Source: the human T2T-CHM13v2.0 reference genome, Homo sapiens. From it: 64,000 nt of DNA. This document shows, one piece after another, positions 17,770 to 32,985 of this stretch (within the stretch, counting starts at the first letter, position 1; every line of letters begins with the position of its first letter). The notes beneath the pieces are model-generated. The model was not told the origin of the DNA. It worked only from the letters and a program-made list of their open reading frames with translations, and searched no databases. The stretch lies in assembly GCF_009914755.1 (NCBI RefSeq), contig NC_060937.1, one strand, 5' to 3'. Both the position numbers and the translations under genes were made by a program.

Positions 17770-18059
17770 AATTTTATAGAGAGCTGAAGATCATATAAAC
17801 AAAATGCATGTTTGAAAACGTGAACAGGCTTAATTCTTGCCATTGGAAATGCTGGCTTCTCTTCAATTCAGATGAAGCTTACTTTGCATTCTTCTTCAGA
17901 ATTATATTTCAGAGAGCAACTTTTTTGTTGCCTTTAAAATTTTAAATTACAGCCGATAAAAACTGTTTTTTTTTACAGCCTTATTTTCTCATACCTAAAA
18001 TGCTTACAACCTATGACTGTCACCTAACAACCTGTGAATGACTAACTAATCTAATACAG

Positions 18060-18170
18060 ATGAAAGCCCAATCCTGATGAACTGTTTCCAGAAAAGTTTC
18101 TCATGGGAGAAATGTTATCAAACCATTTGCAATCTCTTGGAGTTGCTGGGAAAAATAACAACAGCAACAG
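18060..18170 (+). other. Candidate cryptic exon (111 nt, phase 1-1)
   Basis: Branch-point-like gACTAAC upstream, tacag acceptor and CAG|GTAAGT donor; weak pyrimidine tract. Confidence 0.3.
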
Positions 18171-18419
18171 GTAAGTCAGGTAAACTGATCACAATTCTCT
18201 ATCTTTTTCTAGTCTGTAAAAAAATTAGTCTTACAATAAGAACAAACATGATTGAGAAAAATAATCAAATTATTCAGTATATTAGTGTGTTTAAGTGGTG
18301 TATATTTAAAAAGAAAATAGATGTTTAAACTTAAGCTATAGACTCATCAGAATTTCAAGTAAATCATATGTTTTTGACCTTGCCCTTTCCATTAACCACA
18401 GAAGAATGTTCCGTGCATA

Positions 18420-18512
18420 ATTCAGTGGTGGCTTCTTCTCATCCTTCAGATCCTGGCTTAAACATCCTTTTCCCCTACCATGTTCTAATGTGCCATTATT
18501 AATTCTCTCTCC

Positions 18513-18553
<41 letters not shown>

Positions 18554-18690
18554 CCTATCCGCCCCCCCACACAATTTTTGATGTGATTGCATCTGCTCCG
18601 TGGGAGCAGTGATTATGTCTCTTTCATTCACCAATATATTTCCAGCCCTTGGCATATAGCAGATATTCAATACATTAATGAGGATTAGTT
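18420..18690 (+). mobile_element. L2 fragment containing a (CT)n microsatellite (about 18504-18553)
   Basis: 'cttggcatatagcagatattcaata' L2 end; CT repeat. Confidence 0.65.
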
Positions 18691-20203
18691 ACACCAACAT
18701 CCTCCAAATTTCTTCAGGAAATATGAAGTGCCATCTCTCATCTGCAATGAGTTTGAACCTGTGTTTTCTGAAGCTTTCCTGTTTAGCTTGAGGGTTAGTG
18801 ACTCCCCATGTGGGATCCTTCCTTATTGACAAGCCTCAGTGATGAAGAAGGAAGGGGGAATCACCCAAAGCTGTTTTGCAGTAAAACCTGGGTAAACTAG
18901 CTCTTTAGGAATGGAAACCCTCAAATGAGCCAGCTTTTTAATTTTTTCCAATGGGGGAGTTCTGGTGTCTGGCATAGAGCTTTGGAAACAGAAGGCATTT
19001 AATATTTATTATATTAAACTACCAATCTTACCATAAGTTATTGGACTAGATGGAACTTAAGTTTTCTTTCAGCCAGAGCTTCTATGATGCTGTGATGTCA
19101 ACATGCCTAACAATGAGCCTGTCACAACCTATTTTCAATCTTGCCCCTCTCCTAAAGCAGCCCTTACCCTGTAAAAGGCATCAACATCCAGCCATTAGCC
19201 CATACTACCAATCTAGGGCTTACCTGGAATCCATTTCTTTCTTTCACCACCCACACCTGCCAACCAGTGATCATTCCCAAAGGACTTTATTTTGCATCTG
19301 TGCTTTTTAATCCAATTGCCTTCTCCATCTCTCTCACTGACTAGTTCAGGCCCTCATTGTATTTATTCAGACTAGAGATGAAAAACATCAATTTGTTAGA
19401 AGACTGTCCTCATGACCATATTTATTCTGTCACACTTCTGCAAATCCAAGCATAAACAGGTTTAGAAATTAGAACCAGTTAACCAGCAAATCACTCAGTG
19501 GCTAGGACATCGAATACTTTCATATATTTATTTGGGTAATAACTACTGAGCAACCAGAAGGCTAGCGCATGGACAATTTACTTCATTTAGATGGTCTTGC
19601 CAAGAAATACTGATATAAACAACCAGATCAATTATGCAGTAAAATTCACATTTCGTGTTCAAATGGCTAGAATCACTAGTCTGGGGGAACTGCTGCTTTA
19701 TACATGTAACCCCAGGCACAGACTAATGGAAAGCAACACAAACTGCTACATGCTTACTCTACAGAATAGGTTTGCAAATTTAACCTACAGTACATTAAAA
19801 TGCAGCATATCTCATATTTGTATTAGCCATATTTTAATACAAACTTTCTGTATTTCCTTTCTGCCATTATCCTTCCCAGTCATATGAGTGAACTATTAAT
19901 GATCAACTAGTCAAGGGGTCACCATTAAAAGGAGCCCTAAATAGCACAATGATTCCATTCCCTCCCCCATCAAGAAGCCATCCCAACCCAGCAATTAAAC
20001 CAAGCAAATCAGGCTAACGGAGCATACACATAATGGTAGAAGAGAAAAGCACAGCCAATAATTACCAAACAGTCACTTTCTTTTATCTGGATTTCCTCTT
20101 CCCTATCATTCATCTCACGAGAGAAGCATACAATAAGGACATGACCCCATGAGTTTTTATCATGGATCCTGCAACAACCTGAACACATTTTCTTTATCCT
20201 CGA

Positions 20204-20490
20204 ACAATAGAAACATAATGCAAGCCACATATGTGATTTTAAATGTTCTAGTAGCCACATTAATAAACTAAAAAGAAATAAATGAAATTAATTTTGATAA
20301 TGTATTTAATCTAATAATCTAAAATGTTATTTTAACATGCAATCAGTATAAAAATTATTGAAATATTTTATATTATTTTATGGCATGAAGTCTTTGACAC
20401 GGTGTGCGTACTTCACATTTACAACACACCTCAAGTCAGACTACTCTCATTTTAAGTTACACATGGCTAGTGGCACGAAATCAGACAGAA
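20204..20490. mobile_element. MER33/MER3-like hAT-Charlie MITE
   Basis: 'caatagaaacataatgcaagccacatatg...ttctagtagccacatt' and 'acatggctagtggc' termini. Confidence 0.75.
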
Positions 20491-23371
20491 CAACTCCAAA
20501 CAAAAACATCCAACCAAATGAGAAAGGTTGCTCGATTTGCCTTGCAGAAAAATATCAGCAACTGCATAATACCTTAAGAAGGTGAATACTAAGCAGTTTG
20601 ATAAAATAACACATGAATCCCTGTGAAAGCAAAGATGTATTTTTTTGAAAGGTAATAACATTTTTAGAAATAATAAAAAAGGAAGGAGACAAGGATCATA
20701 GCAACTTTTAATACAGAATTGGAGTTACTGATCGTATCTCCAAACTGCGGGATCTGTTCGTGGAATAATTATTTTCACAGCCTCTCAGAAGGAAGTGATC
20801 ATATCCTTAAATAACTGAAAAACAAAACTCCAAGGCTAGACACAGAAGAACAGAATGTCAAGAGCAAAATGTCATTTAGACTGATGAAGATAGAATGTAA
20901 CACAACTGGGAAAGTCCATAACCTTTGGAATTAAATAAAATCCAGTGCAGGGGATAGTTTGATACCCAACATTCTGGGAAACCAGAATTCTCTTTTAACC
21001 AACACATCTATAAAAACGTATGACTCGATAGCTAATGTTGTAGTGAGTACTCTGGGGTATGGTATGATCCAAACATGACTTCAGAATCAATGAAAAACTA
21101 AATGGTGTTCAATATCATTTTACAGCAGATATTTAATTGCATTCTCAATCTCTGAAACTAGTCATTAATATGGTGTGTGTAGGGTAATGCTTCACCAACC
21201 ACCACATGGAATTATCAGAGCCCCCTCTTTACCTATCATTGCCAGATCTCAAAATTTACTGTTTATCTAGTTTTCTGTTTGCCATACAAAAAGCAGCCGC
21301 ATTTTATTTCTTACATCCCACAACTGCAACTCTCATCACACACTTACACACACATGCATGCACAGACTGCAAACTCTTTGCCATAAGAAAGGACTTCCAA
21401 CACTGACCTCTGCCCAGCACCATCCTCCCGACTCATTAGAGCCATCTGTGGCGAGAAGATTCAGTTTCCCAAGCACATGAGGTCAGTTCTAGATGATGGC
21501 AATTTTTAACTCTATTTGCACTGCTAATAACATCACTCAGTTCTTCTACGGCCTTTATTTCCACTATGGCCAGGAAAGATTAACACACTTGCCTACCACT
21601 GAAAATGTTTTAAATTCTGTTATTCAACAGGAGAATCTCTTTTATTTGACCAAGGAACTTAATGTGTTAGAGTGGTTCCTCTGCTGTTGATTTCTCTACA
21701 CTACACATTATGATTGTAAAATTGTAACCAATTGTCATGTGTACCCTATAGACTCAGTTTGTACACATCCCTATACACAAATCCAATTTTGTACATAACC
21801 TTTCTATTGATTCATTTTCTTTTTTCAATTAAATATAAACAAAAATCTTTTCTCTTAAGGGAGCAAATTTGATTTATGGCATAAAATTCATAAGTTAATT
21901 TTCTTGTGCAGTTTATAACTTGAAGTTAATAATTATTTTAAGCATTCCTAAAAATCAGTTTAAAATGTTTTTCTATGCATGTTTCAAAATCATTAATCAT
22001 CTTTTAGTCATCCTCAAACTGAGTCTGACAAATGTAGCATAATTATTTTTTACATGGTTGCTCAATTGAACAAATTACATGAATCAAAATGTATGCTTCT
22101 TTTATACACAACCAGTGCCTATTAATTTTGATTTCAAATGTGTTAATTTACTGTGAACATTTTATAAGGCTACCTATAAAGATTTTCTCATGGATAATTA
22201 TTTATGGAAGAATATAATTTTTAAATAAAAAATTAGCTATCCAAAAGTATAAAATGTTGGGCAAAATTTTAAAAGTGTATCCCTTTCTCATTCAAATGTT
22301 TCTTTCATCCATATTTACTTTGCTGTGATATAAATTATACACATTATAAGTGAACTTGCACAGACAATCTTCTGCAATTTAGTTTAGAACTTGGAATATT
22401 GTTGATAGCACTCTCTCTATGGCCCTTGATTGAATGCATTTTCTTTCACTAAAAATGCAGATAGCGCACATATCCAAATGAATATGTTACAAAATATTAT
22501 AGACCCAATTGCTTGTTTCAGGATCTCAAATTTATCTTGAGGTATGTGTGGTATCTTTGCATCTAATTGGCATGCAAATTTATTCTTATTTTGCTTTTTC
22601 TAAGTATGCTACCAAAATGAGATGCATTTTTTCCATGATTAATGTCAAAGGCACTCTCTGAATTAATTTATTTCTGTCATTTTCTCCAACATTTTAATTA
22701 AGCTGTTCCTTAACCTTCTCATATTTGTTCTTTTAGTTATTATAGAAACTGATAAGATGGTTCCTGTGATTAAAAACAAACTATCCCGTATTCCCAAGAT
22801 CCAAGCCTATGTAGAAAACAGAACTCAGTTTTCAAATAACTTGGCCACTGTTTCCTTAAGCTTTGGACCTTTCTACTGAACCTTTCTCCTTCTAGCCCCA
22901 AATGCCAGACCTGAAAAAGTGTAACTGATAGATTAACAGATAATTATTTATCCAGAGTCTTATCAAAAGTATTGTCAGCCTGTTTCTTCACTTACTACAC
23001 AGCACAGTATATATACATCACTAATGTATGCATCAATGTGTTTAAGCTTACATAATAATGACCTCACTTCTTTGTTCACATCACCTCTTCTTCATATCCC
23101 TGAAGCTTCATGTACCTGAGAACACTTATCACGATTCTAAACATCATCACATTAACTATGTTTCATGTATAGATTAGAGGTGTACTATGCTAGAGATTTT
23201 CTTTTTCTGCTTATTTCTTCATATGCTTCTTATTCAATCCCTCCTAACTCTTGGCAATACAAAAATTGCAACTACAAAAGGAGCTAATGTAAGCAGTACT
23301 GAGTTTTAAAAGACAGCGAAAGGCACATTGTAATCTTCAGCATCCGATACATGGCTCATAGTATTACTCAA

Positions 23372-23788
23372 TGCTATGGTTTATATATGGTTTGTTTAGC
23401 CTTGCAAAGTCTCAGGTTGAAATTCGATCTCCAATATTGAAGGTGGGGCCTAATGGAAAGTGTTTGGGTCATGGGGGTGGATTTTTCATGAATGGCTTTG
23501 TGCCATCCTCCCAGTAATGAGTGAGTTCTCGTTTTATTAGTTTCCATGATAAATGATTGTTAAATACCTCCCTCATCTTTCTCTGTTGCTCCCTCTCTTG
23601 CCATGTGATACATGGCTGTCCTCTGCCTTTTGCCACGATTGGACACAGTGTGAGGCCCTCCCTAGATGCAGATGCTGGTGCCATGCTTCTTGTACAGCCT
23701 GCACAACTGTGAACCAAATAAACTTCTTTTCTCTATAAGTTACCCACCCTCAAGTATTCTTTTGTAGTAATACAAATGGATTAAGATG
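23372..23788 (+). mobile_element. MST (MSTB-like, ERVL-MaLR) solo LTR
   Basis: tgctatggttt start; 'ccaaataaacttctttt' poly(A) signal region; 'caaatggattaaga' end. Confidence 0.88.
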
Positions 23789-26618
23789 ATAAATGGTTAT
23801 TGAATAGCTTTCATAAAGGATGAACACAATCCTTAGGTCATTGAGTTAAAAAAATATATGATAAAGAAGCACTTCTGGAATGGCTCCTCCATAGAAATAA
23901 AAACAATGGCAAAAAGTTATCAAAATAAACTTTTCTTAGAAGTCTGGAAATGAACCAAAGGCTTGCACCAATTTGAGGAGCATTTATTAAACAGCTGACT
24001 CTAAGGAAGAAGAGTCAGCTTTGTGGCATTTTTCTTCCCCTATTCCCATTTGTTTGTCTCCAGGTCAACTGGGATTATCCAGTCTGAAGAACGAAAAAAG
24101 AAAAAACAATGAAGAAAAATGAACAGTCCCTCAGTGACCTGCAAGATATCAGCAAGCATACAACTTAATAAGAGTCTAAAAAAGATTAAAATCTGACTTC
24201 TTGTTGGAAACGGTGGTGACCAGAAGGCAGCAGAATGACATATTTAAGGTGCTGAAAGAAAAAAAAAACTATCAACTAAATATTCTATATCCAGCTAAAC
24301 TATCCTTCAAAAACAAAAACAAAGAAAAACCCCAAACAGAGAAAATCTGTCACTAGCAGTCATGCCTTACAGGAAACACTAGAGACTCTTTCAGGCTGAA
24401 ATGAAAGGACACAAGACATTAACTTAATTCCACATAAAGAACTAAGGAGCACTGGCAAAGGTAACCAAGTACATAGGCAAATATATAAGTATGTAAATGT
24501 GAAATACAGTAAAAATATATTTTGGTTTGTAACACTTTTCTTCTATCTGATTCAAAGTGCAACTGCATAAAGCTACAATTATAACACCGCCTTCATGTAT
24601 AAAGGTATAATTTGTGTGACAATAATAGCACAAAAGAGGAGGAAGGAGAAAGAGCTATATTGGAGCAAAGTCTTGGTATATAACTGAAATTACATTGGCA
24701 TTATACCAAACTAGATTGTCTTATGATGATAATTGTATTCCTCGGGATAGCCACTATAAAAATAATAAAAAAAAAAGTAAAAGAAACAATAAGAGGTTTA
24801 AAATTATGTACTAGAAAACACTTATTTAATTGAAAAAAAAAGTAGTAATGGAGTAAGATAACCAGAAAAGCCTTAAAATGTATAAAAACAAATAGCAAAA
24901 TGGCAGAAAGAAATTCTAGTTTATCAGTAATTACATTAATTAATGGGCTAAGCACTCCAATTGCAAGCAGAATTGGCAGACTATTTCTTTAAAGTCATGA
25001 TCCAAATACATGCTATCTACAAAATACATATTTTAGATTCAAAGATACAAGTAGTTTGGAAGTAAAAGAATGAGAAGACATAATATGCCAAAAGTAACCA
25101 AAAGAGAGCTGGAGTGGCTATGCTAACATCAGACAAAATAAATTTTAAGGCAAAAATTGTTCCTAGAGACAAAGAAGGACATTTTTTAACGACAAAGGGT
25201 CAATCCATCAAGAAGATACGGTAATTAAGAAATATATAGGCACCTAACACTAGAACCCAAAACTACCTGAAGGAAAAACTGACAGAATTGAAGGGACCTG
25301 TACACAATTCAACAATAATAGTTAGAGACCTCAATACTGTACTTTCAAATAATAGATAAAACAACTAGGCAGAAGATCAAAAAGAAAATGGAAGATTGGA
25401 ACAACACTATAAAACAATAGAATGAATAGAACTATATAGTACAGCCCACCCAACAAAAGCAGAATACACATTCTTCTCAACAGAGACATAGAATATTCTC
25501 CAGGATAAACCATGTATTAAGCCATAAAATGATAGACCATGTATTAAGCCATAAAATAAACTTTGATAAATATAAAAGGGTGGAAATCATACAAAGTATG
25601 TTCTCTGATCACATTGGAATGAAATTAGAAATTAATAAAGGAAATTTGAGAAATTTATGAATATATGGAAATTAAACAATACACTCCTAAATAGCCAATG
25701 GATTAAAGAATAAACCACAATGGAAATTACAAAATAGTTCAAGATGAACGAAAATGAAAACACAACACAAGCTGATAAGATGCAGTTAATACTTAGGGAC
25801 AAAATCATAGCTGTAAAACCTTTACTTAAAAAAAAGAAAGATCTCAAATCAATAATCTAACTTTCCACTTAAGGAAATTGGAAAACAAGCCAACTAAACC
25901 TAAAGTGAGTAGGAGGAAAGCAATAATAAAAATCAGAGTAGACATAAATAAAATACAGAATGTTTTTAATTGAGAAAAATCAATGAAAGCAAATTCATTC
26001 TTTAAAAACATCAACAAAATTAACAAACCTTTAGCTAGAAAAAAAAACTTATTGAGAAAAAAAGAGAGAAATCTCAAAATACTAAGATGAAGAGTAAAAG
26101 AGGGGTCATCACTTTTGACCTTGCAGAAATATAAAGGATTAAAAGGGAAAACTAACAGTAGTTGTAAATCAATAAGTTAGATAATCTGGACGAAATGCCC
26201 GAATTCCTAAAATATACAAACTACCAAAGAAGTAAAAAATCTAATTAGACCCTGTAATAAGTAAAGAGAATAAGTTAGTAATCAAAAAACATTCCACAAG
26301 GAAATCTCTGGACCATATGACTTCACTAATAAATTATATCAAACATGTAAAGAAAATGAACAACAATTCTTTATAAACTCTTCCAAAAAAGAGGAAATAA
26401 AACTTTCCAATTCATTCTTTGAGGCTAGTATTATCCTGGTACCAAAGCAAGACAAACACATCACAAGAAAAGAAAACTACAGGCAAATATCCCTTGTGAA
26501 CATAGATACAACAATGCTGAACCGAATACTAGAAAACTGAGTTGAGCAGCATATAAAAAGGAGTGTATACCATTAGCAACAGGAATTATTTCCATGAATG
26601 CAGGATTGGTTTAATATC

Positions 26619-27137
26619 TGTATTAGTCAGGGTTCTCCAGAGAAACAGAATCAATAGGATAGATATCTGTAGGGAGAGATAGATAGATGTGCATAGATAG
26701 TTGGTTCAACAGACAGATACAGATATGCATATATAAAGATATTTATTGTAAGAAATTAGCTCATGTGATTACGGAGACTGGCACGTTCAAATCTGCAGTG
26801 TATGGGCTGGCAGGCAGAGACCCTAGAGAGCCAATGGTGCATGTCTATTCCAAAGGCTGGTAGCCTGAGACCCAGGAGAGCTGATGGTGCAGTTCCAGTC
26901 CAAAGACCAGCAGAAAGAGACCCAGTATAGCCAACAGTGCAGATGAAGTCAGAAGGCAGTCTGTTGGAGACCCTCTTGCTCAAGAAGGTGGGTCATTTGC
27001 TCTTTTCAGGTCTTAGGCCAATAGAATGAGGACTGCCCACTTTATGGAGGGCAGTCTGCTTATTCAAAGTTTCCCAATTAAAATGTTAATCTTATCCAAA
27101 ACATCCTCCAAGTTGACATGGAAAGTTGGCCATCACA
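26619..27137 (-). mobile_element. MLT2 (ERVL) solo LTR inserted into the L1M
   Basis: tgtattagtcagggttctccagagaaacagaa...ccatcaca; perfect 5-bp TSD ATATC at 26614-26618 and 27138-27142. Confidence 0.9.
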
Positions 27138-27372
27138 ATATCCAAATATCAATCAATGTAATACCACATTGATAAAAAAGGAAAAAAACCCACTTGAGCA
27201 TCTCAATATAAGTAGAAAAACCATTTGAGAAACTCTAACACCTTTCATAATAAATACAGTAAGAAAAACTGGAAATAGAATGAACTTTTCACAGTCTGAT
27301 AAAACAGCATCCACAAAAACTCCACAGAGAATATCATACTTAATACAGAAATACTGAAAGCTTTCCCCCTAA

Positions 27373-27717
<345 letters not shown>

Positions 27718-28479
27718 TGCTCTCCTCATTTCTATTCAGTGTTGGATTGCAGGTTCTAGCCAGGTCAATTAGGCAAGAAAAGATAGAAAGGGCATCCAGA
27801 TTGGAAAAGAAGAAATAAAACTCTCTATTTTCACATGACATGATCTTGTATCTGGAAAATCCTAAGGAATTCACAAAAAGTCTGTTAGAATAAACGAGTT
27901 CCTTTATAAAGTTCCAGGATTCAAAATCAATATACAAAAATCAACTGTATTTCTATAAACTAACGAGAAATCTAAAAATAAATTTAAGGAACAATTCCAT
28001 TCACAATAGCATCAAAAAGAATTAAAGAGTTAGAAATAAATTTAACTAAAGAAGGATAAGACTTGCACAATGAAAACTATAAAACATTGTTGAAAGAAAT
28101 TAAAGAAGTCCAAAATAAATGGGAAGACATCCTGTGTTCATGGATTTGAAGATGTAATACTGTTAGGATGGCAATAACCCCTTCCAAATTCTTCTACAGA
28201 TTCAACATTATCCCCATTGAAAATCTCAGCTGCCTTTTTTTTTGTAGATATTACAAACTGATCTAAAATTCTTATGGAAATATAAGGAACTCAGAATAGC
28301 CAAAACAATCCCGAGAAAGAAGAATAAAGGTGGAGACACACTTCCCAATTTCAAAATTTCCTAAAAAGCTAAAGCAATCAAGACAGTATGATACAGACAT
28401 AAGGACAGACATAAAGATCAATGGAATAAAATTGAGAAGCCAGAAATAAACCTATACATTTATGGTCAACTGATTTTCT

Positions 28480-28790
<311 letters not shown>

Positions 28791-30641
28791 TGGTCAATTG
28801 ATTTTCTATAAGGATGCCAAGGTAATTTAATGGAGAAGGAATATCCTATCCAACAAATGGTTCTAGGACAACCAGACACCCACATGTGAAAGAATGAAGG
28901 TATATTCCCAAGAAACTTGAAAACCTATGGCCACACAAAAACTTGTACATGAATGCTCATGGTTAGCATAATTCCTAATAGACAAAAGGTTGGAATAACC
29001 TTAATGTTCATCATTGATTAATTGATAAACAAAACGTGGTATATTTATTCAGTGGAATGTTACTCAGCCATAAAAAGGAATGAAGTACCACTGACAGGCT
29101 ATAACATGAATGCATCATGAAAACACGATAAATTTTCAGGCAAAAGAATGCAAAACGAACCAAAGGCCACATATTGTATAGGCCCATTTATAGGCAATGT
29201 CCCTAATTAGCAAAGTGTAAGGCAATTTTGTGAAAATTCATGGTAAGAATGGTAAAGGGAATGGTATGGGAGAGAAAGATGGGACAGCTTTTACCACCAT
29301 GATTAAGTACTTCAGATGTTATGAAGCAAAACTGAATTAAAATATAAAAAAAAATTTAGACGTGATTTAATCTGTTTCCAAAAGATCACTGTTACAGCAA
29401 CACAGAGGTAAATTGCAAAGTGCTCTAACTGCAACAATTTACGTATCTAAGTCAGAGATAATTAGGACTTGATCTAGGATGGTCATGGTGGGGGGAGAGG
29501 AAAGACATGCACTGTGTTTTCACTAAACTTCCATCAATTCAGTTTGAGAGGTAAATTTGCCCAAAGTTAAGCACATTAAATGAAACAAACTGTCATGTTA
29601 GCTATACATTTATTCATATTACATATATGATTACAAATAAAAATGAAGCCTATGATTGTGCCTGTGAACCAGGTATTTTGAGAGCTTTGCTTCAATGATT
29701 TTAACATTGGGCAGGAAATGTGTTGATCTGGCATTATTAAAGTTAGAAATAACCTGACACTTGTCAGCTTTTTTAAAGAATATGCTAGAGCAGTGAATAT
29801 TGAAAGATGGCCATGCAAAAATGTCTTCAACTATATTAAGAATTTTACACTTGCAAAGACTTTCTTCATAGATAATGCAAAAACAAACTACAACCCAACC
29901 CACAGCCAACTGTCAACAATTTGAGACAAATAAGATTTCACTATACACAACTACAGATTTATTAATAGAAAAAGCAAAGATCTAATCAATTCTTCATTAG
30001 CAGATCCATACTACATCTAAGACATTAACTTTCAAAACTGGATATATCTTTCAGGTAAATCATTTACTTTCTACCACTTAAATGATTATTTGAAATACAT
30101 TTTATGGTGAATTTATTAAATGGAATCGACAAAAAATGTAAACCCCTTTTAATTATTGCTTTAGGGCTGTGGAGGACATTTGAAGTCACATTTAATAATA
30201 AGGTTGGATTATTTTTGGCAAACGTTTTTGCATTGCTTTGAGTGAATCTTTTGTTGACAATGGAGTGGTTTCCTTGGAAACATAACTGCTCAAAATTCAA
30301 TACAAGCAGACACACTCTTAGTCAACAGCTTCTCAGGCATTCTTATAATGAACCAGTATAATGCAGTTGATGGTTGGCTTATAACATGAATATAATGTTG
30401 TAAAAATATATCAGCATCCCTCATTAATCCAAAACAAGGTATATTGATATAGAGACCTACCCATCCTTGAGTTATAATCAAATCTACTTATTTAAAAAAA
30501 CTTTAAAAGATATTAAAATTCTTTTATTGATTTTTTTCTAACTTCTCTGTTTCAAATACTAACAAATGATGGGGCTAATATCTAAGGATTCAAACTATTT
30601 TCACATGGAGAGATTTTCAATGTAGCATTATCCTCTATAGC

Positions 30642-30968
30642 CAGCAGTCCCCAACCTTTTTGGAACCGGGGACCAGTTTTGGGAAAGACAATTTTCCCAC
30701 AGAAATGGGGGTGGGGTGATGGATGGTTTTGGGATGAAACTGTTCCGCCTCAGATCATCGGGCATTAGATTCTCATAAGGAGCACTCAACCTAGATCCCT
30801 CACATGTGCATTTCACAATAGGGTTCACACTCCTGTAAGAATCTAATGCTGCCGCTGATCTGGCATGAGGCGGAGCTCATGCAGTAATGCTTCCTTGCCC
30901 ACTGCTCACCTCATGCTGTGCAGCCCAGCTCCTAACATGCCACCAGGCCTGGGGGTTGGGGACTGCTG
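30642..30968. mobile_element. MER1B (hAT-Charlie) MITE
   Basis: Terminal inverted repeats cagcagtccccaacc...ggttggggactgctg; imperfect 8-bp TSD ctctatag/ctccatac. Confidence 0.9.
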
Positions 30969-31215
30969 CTCCATACCAACATTAAATGCAATAAAACTGG
31001 ATATGCATTGCTAAGACATGATCTGGGAAATATTACAGAGCTTTGGTGAGTGAATAAATCGAATAGCTTCAACACATGCCTATTTGGAATGAACATGTCA
31101 ACAACTGATCCTCCAAGATAATTACTGCAGCTCTGGGGTGCATACAGAAGAGATGAGTTAAGTATTTAAGGTGCCATGAATTTCTATATGTGAAGAAAAA
31201 TATTTCTTTACCTAG

Positions 31216-31553
<338 letters not shown>

Positions 31554-32103
31554 TAAATACCTATATTCTGTTGTTTGTTGTGATTCATATTTGATTTTTA
31601 AGTTAATCAAGTTGATGTTTTAGAAGACTTGCTTTTCAGCTTTCCAGGTATTTTAAAATTACTATGAAATGTAATATGCATTTCTTGTGGACTTAACTAC
31701 TGACTATAAAAAATAGCAGCTCAGTGTCTACTTGTAATGGATACACCACTTGTAGTTAAGATTTGATTTTTCTAAAATCCAACTGCATAGTGGAATTATA
31801 ATTTGAGATTTGACTAAGTCCAAAACAGAGATTCTGTTATGATTTTCCAAACAGTAGAGACTTCAGGCTGGTCTTTTGAAATGCTCATCTGACCACATGG
31901 CTCATGGACTTCAATGTTCCACGTTTCCCTTTGCGCCTTCACAGGAGCCCTTCAGGGCTGGTGACCTCTCCAGCTTCATATGAGACTCCTGGTCACCCTG
32001 TTCCATACCCACTGAACTTCCTCGTTTCCTTTGCCTTGCTTCCTCCCGCCCTCCAGGCTGTTTCTTGGCCTGGGAAATGCTCATCTTATCTGCACCCAGG
32101 TGA

Positions 32104-32710
32104 TGTCAGAGGCGTTTGAACCAGAGCAAATCTGTCTTGAATAGGGGCTGGGTAAAATAAGACTGAGGTCTACTGGGCTGCATTCCCAGTCACAGAATGA
32201 GACAGGAGATTAGCCCAAGATACAGGTCACAAAGACCTTACTGATAAAACAGACTGTGATGAAGAAACCTGCCAAAACCCACCAAAACCAAGATGGCAAT
32301 GGAAGTGACCTCTGGTTGTCCTCACTGCTCATTATATGCTAATTATAATGCATTAGCATGTTAAGAGAAAATTCCATCAGTGCCATGACATTTTATAGAT
32401 GACATGGCATCAGGAAGTTAGCCTGTATGATCTAAAAAGGAGAGAAACCCTCAGTTCCGGGAATTGCCCACCCCTTTCCCAGAAAATTCATGAATAATCC
32501 ACACCTTGTTTAGCATGTAATCCAGAAATAACCATAAAAATAGCTGACCAGCAGCCCTTGGGGCTGCTCTGCCTATGCAGTAGCCATGCTTTTGTTTCTT
32601 TATTTCTCTAATAAACTTGCTTTCTCTTTATGGATTCACCTCGAATTCATTCTTGTGCGAGATTCAAGAACCCTCTCTTGAGGTCTGGATCGGGACTCTT
32701 TCCGGTAACA
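32104..32710 (+). mobile_element. MER41 (MER41B-like, ERV1) solo LTR
   Basis: tgtcagaggcgtttgaaccagagcaa...ccggtaaca; 4-bp TSD GTGA at 32100-32103 and 32711-32714; AATAAA near 32610; inserted into an L2 fragment. Confidence 0.93.
32455..32484. promoter_or_regulatory. Tandem GAS (STAT1) motifs in the MER41 LTR
   Basis: TTCCGGGAA at 32455-32463 and TTCCCAGAA at 32476-32484. Confidence 0.7.
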
Positions 32711-32714
32711 GTGA

Positions 32715-32985
32715 CACCTACTCTTTCTTCAGTCCTCAGCTCAGGAATCACTTCCCTGACCTCCCTGGTCAGATTCAACTCTATTGCACACTCTCACGGC
32801 ACCATATACATTTGCTTTGTAACATGAGTCATAGTGACATGACATGACACATGTGTTTGTGTGGTTATCCATTGGAAGTCTGTTTTTCTATCAGCGTCAC
32901 AGCAGGAGAGACTGGGTCTGTCTTATTTTCCTTATTGCATTCCCCAGTGTCTTGCAGTGAACCAGACAATATTTGCTGAATGAAT
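32715..32985 (+). mobile_element. L2 3' fragment (continues an L2 at about 31950-32100)
   Basis: 'caatatttgctgaatgaata' end. Confidence 0.55.

Noticed and set aside
21700-22750. Very AT-rich stretch that may be a decayed LINE
   Set aside because: I could not assign a family or any structure by eye.
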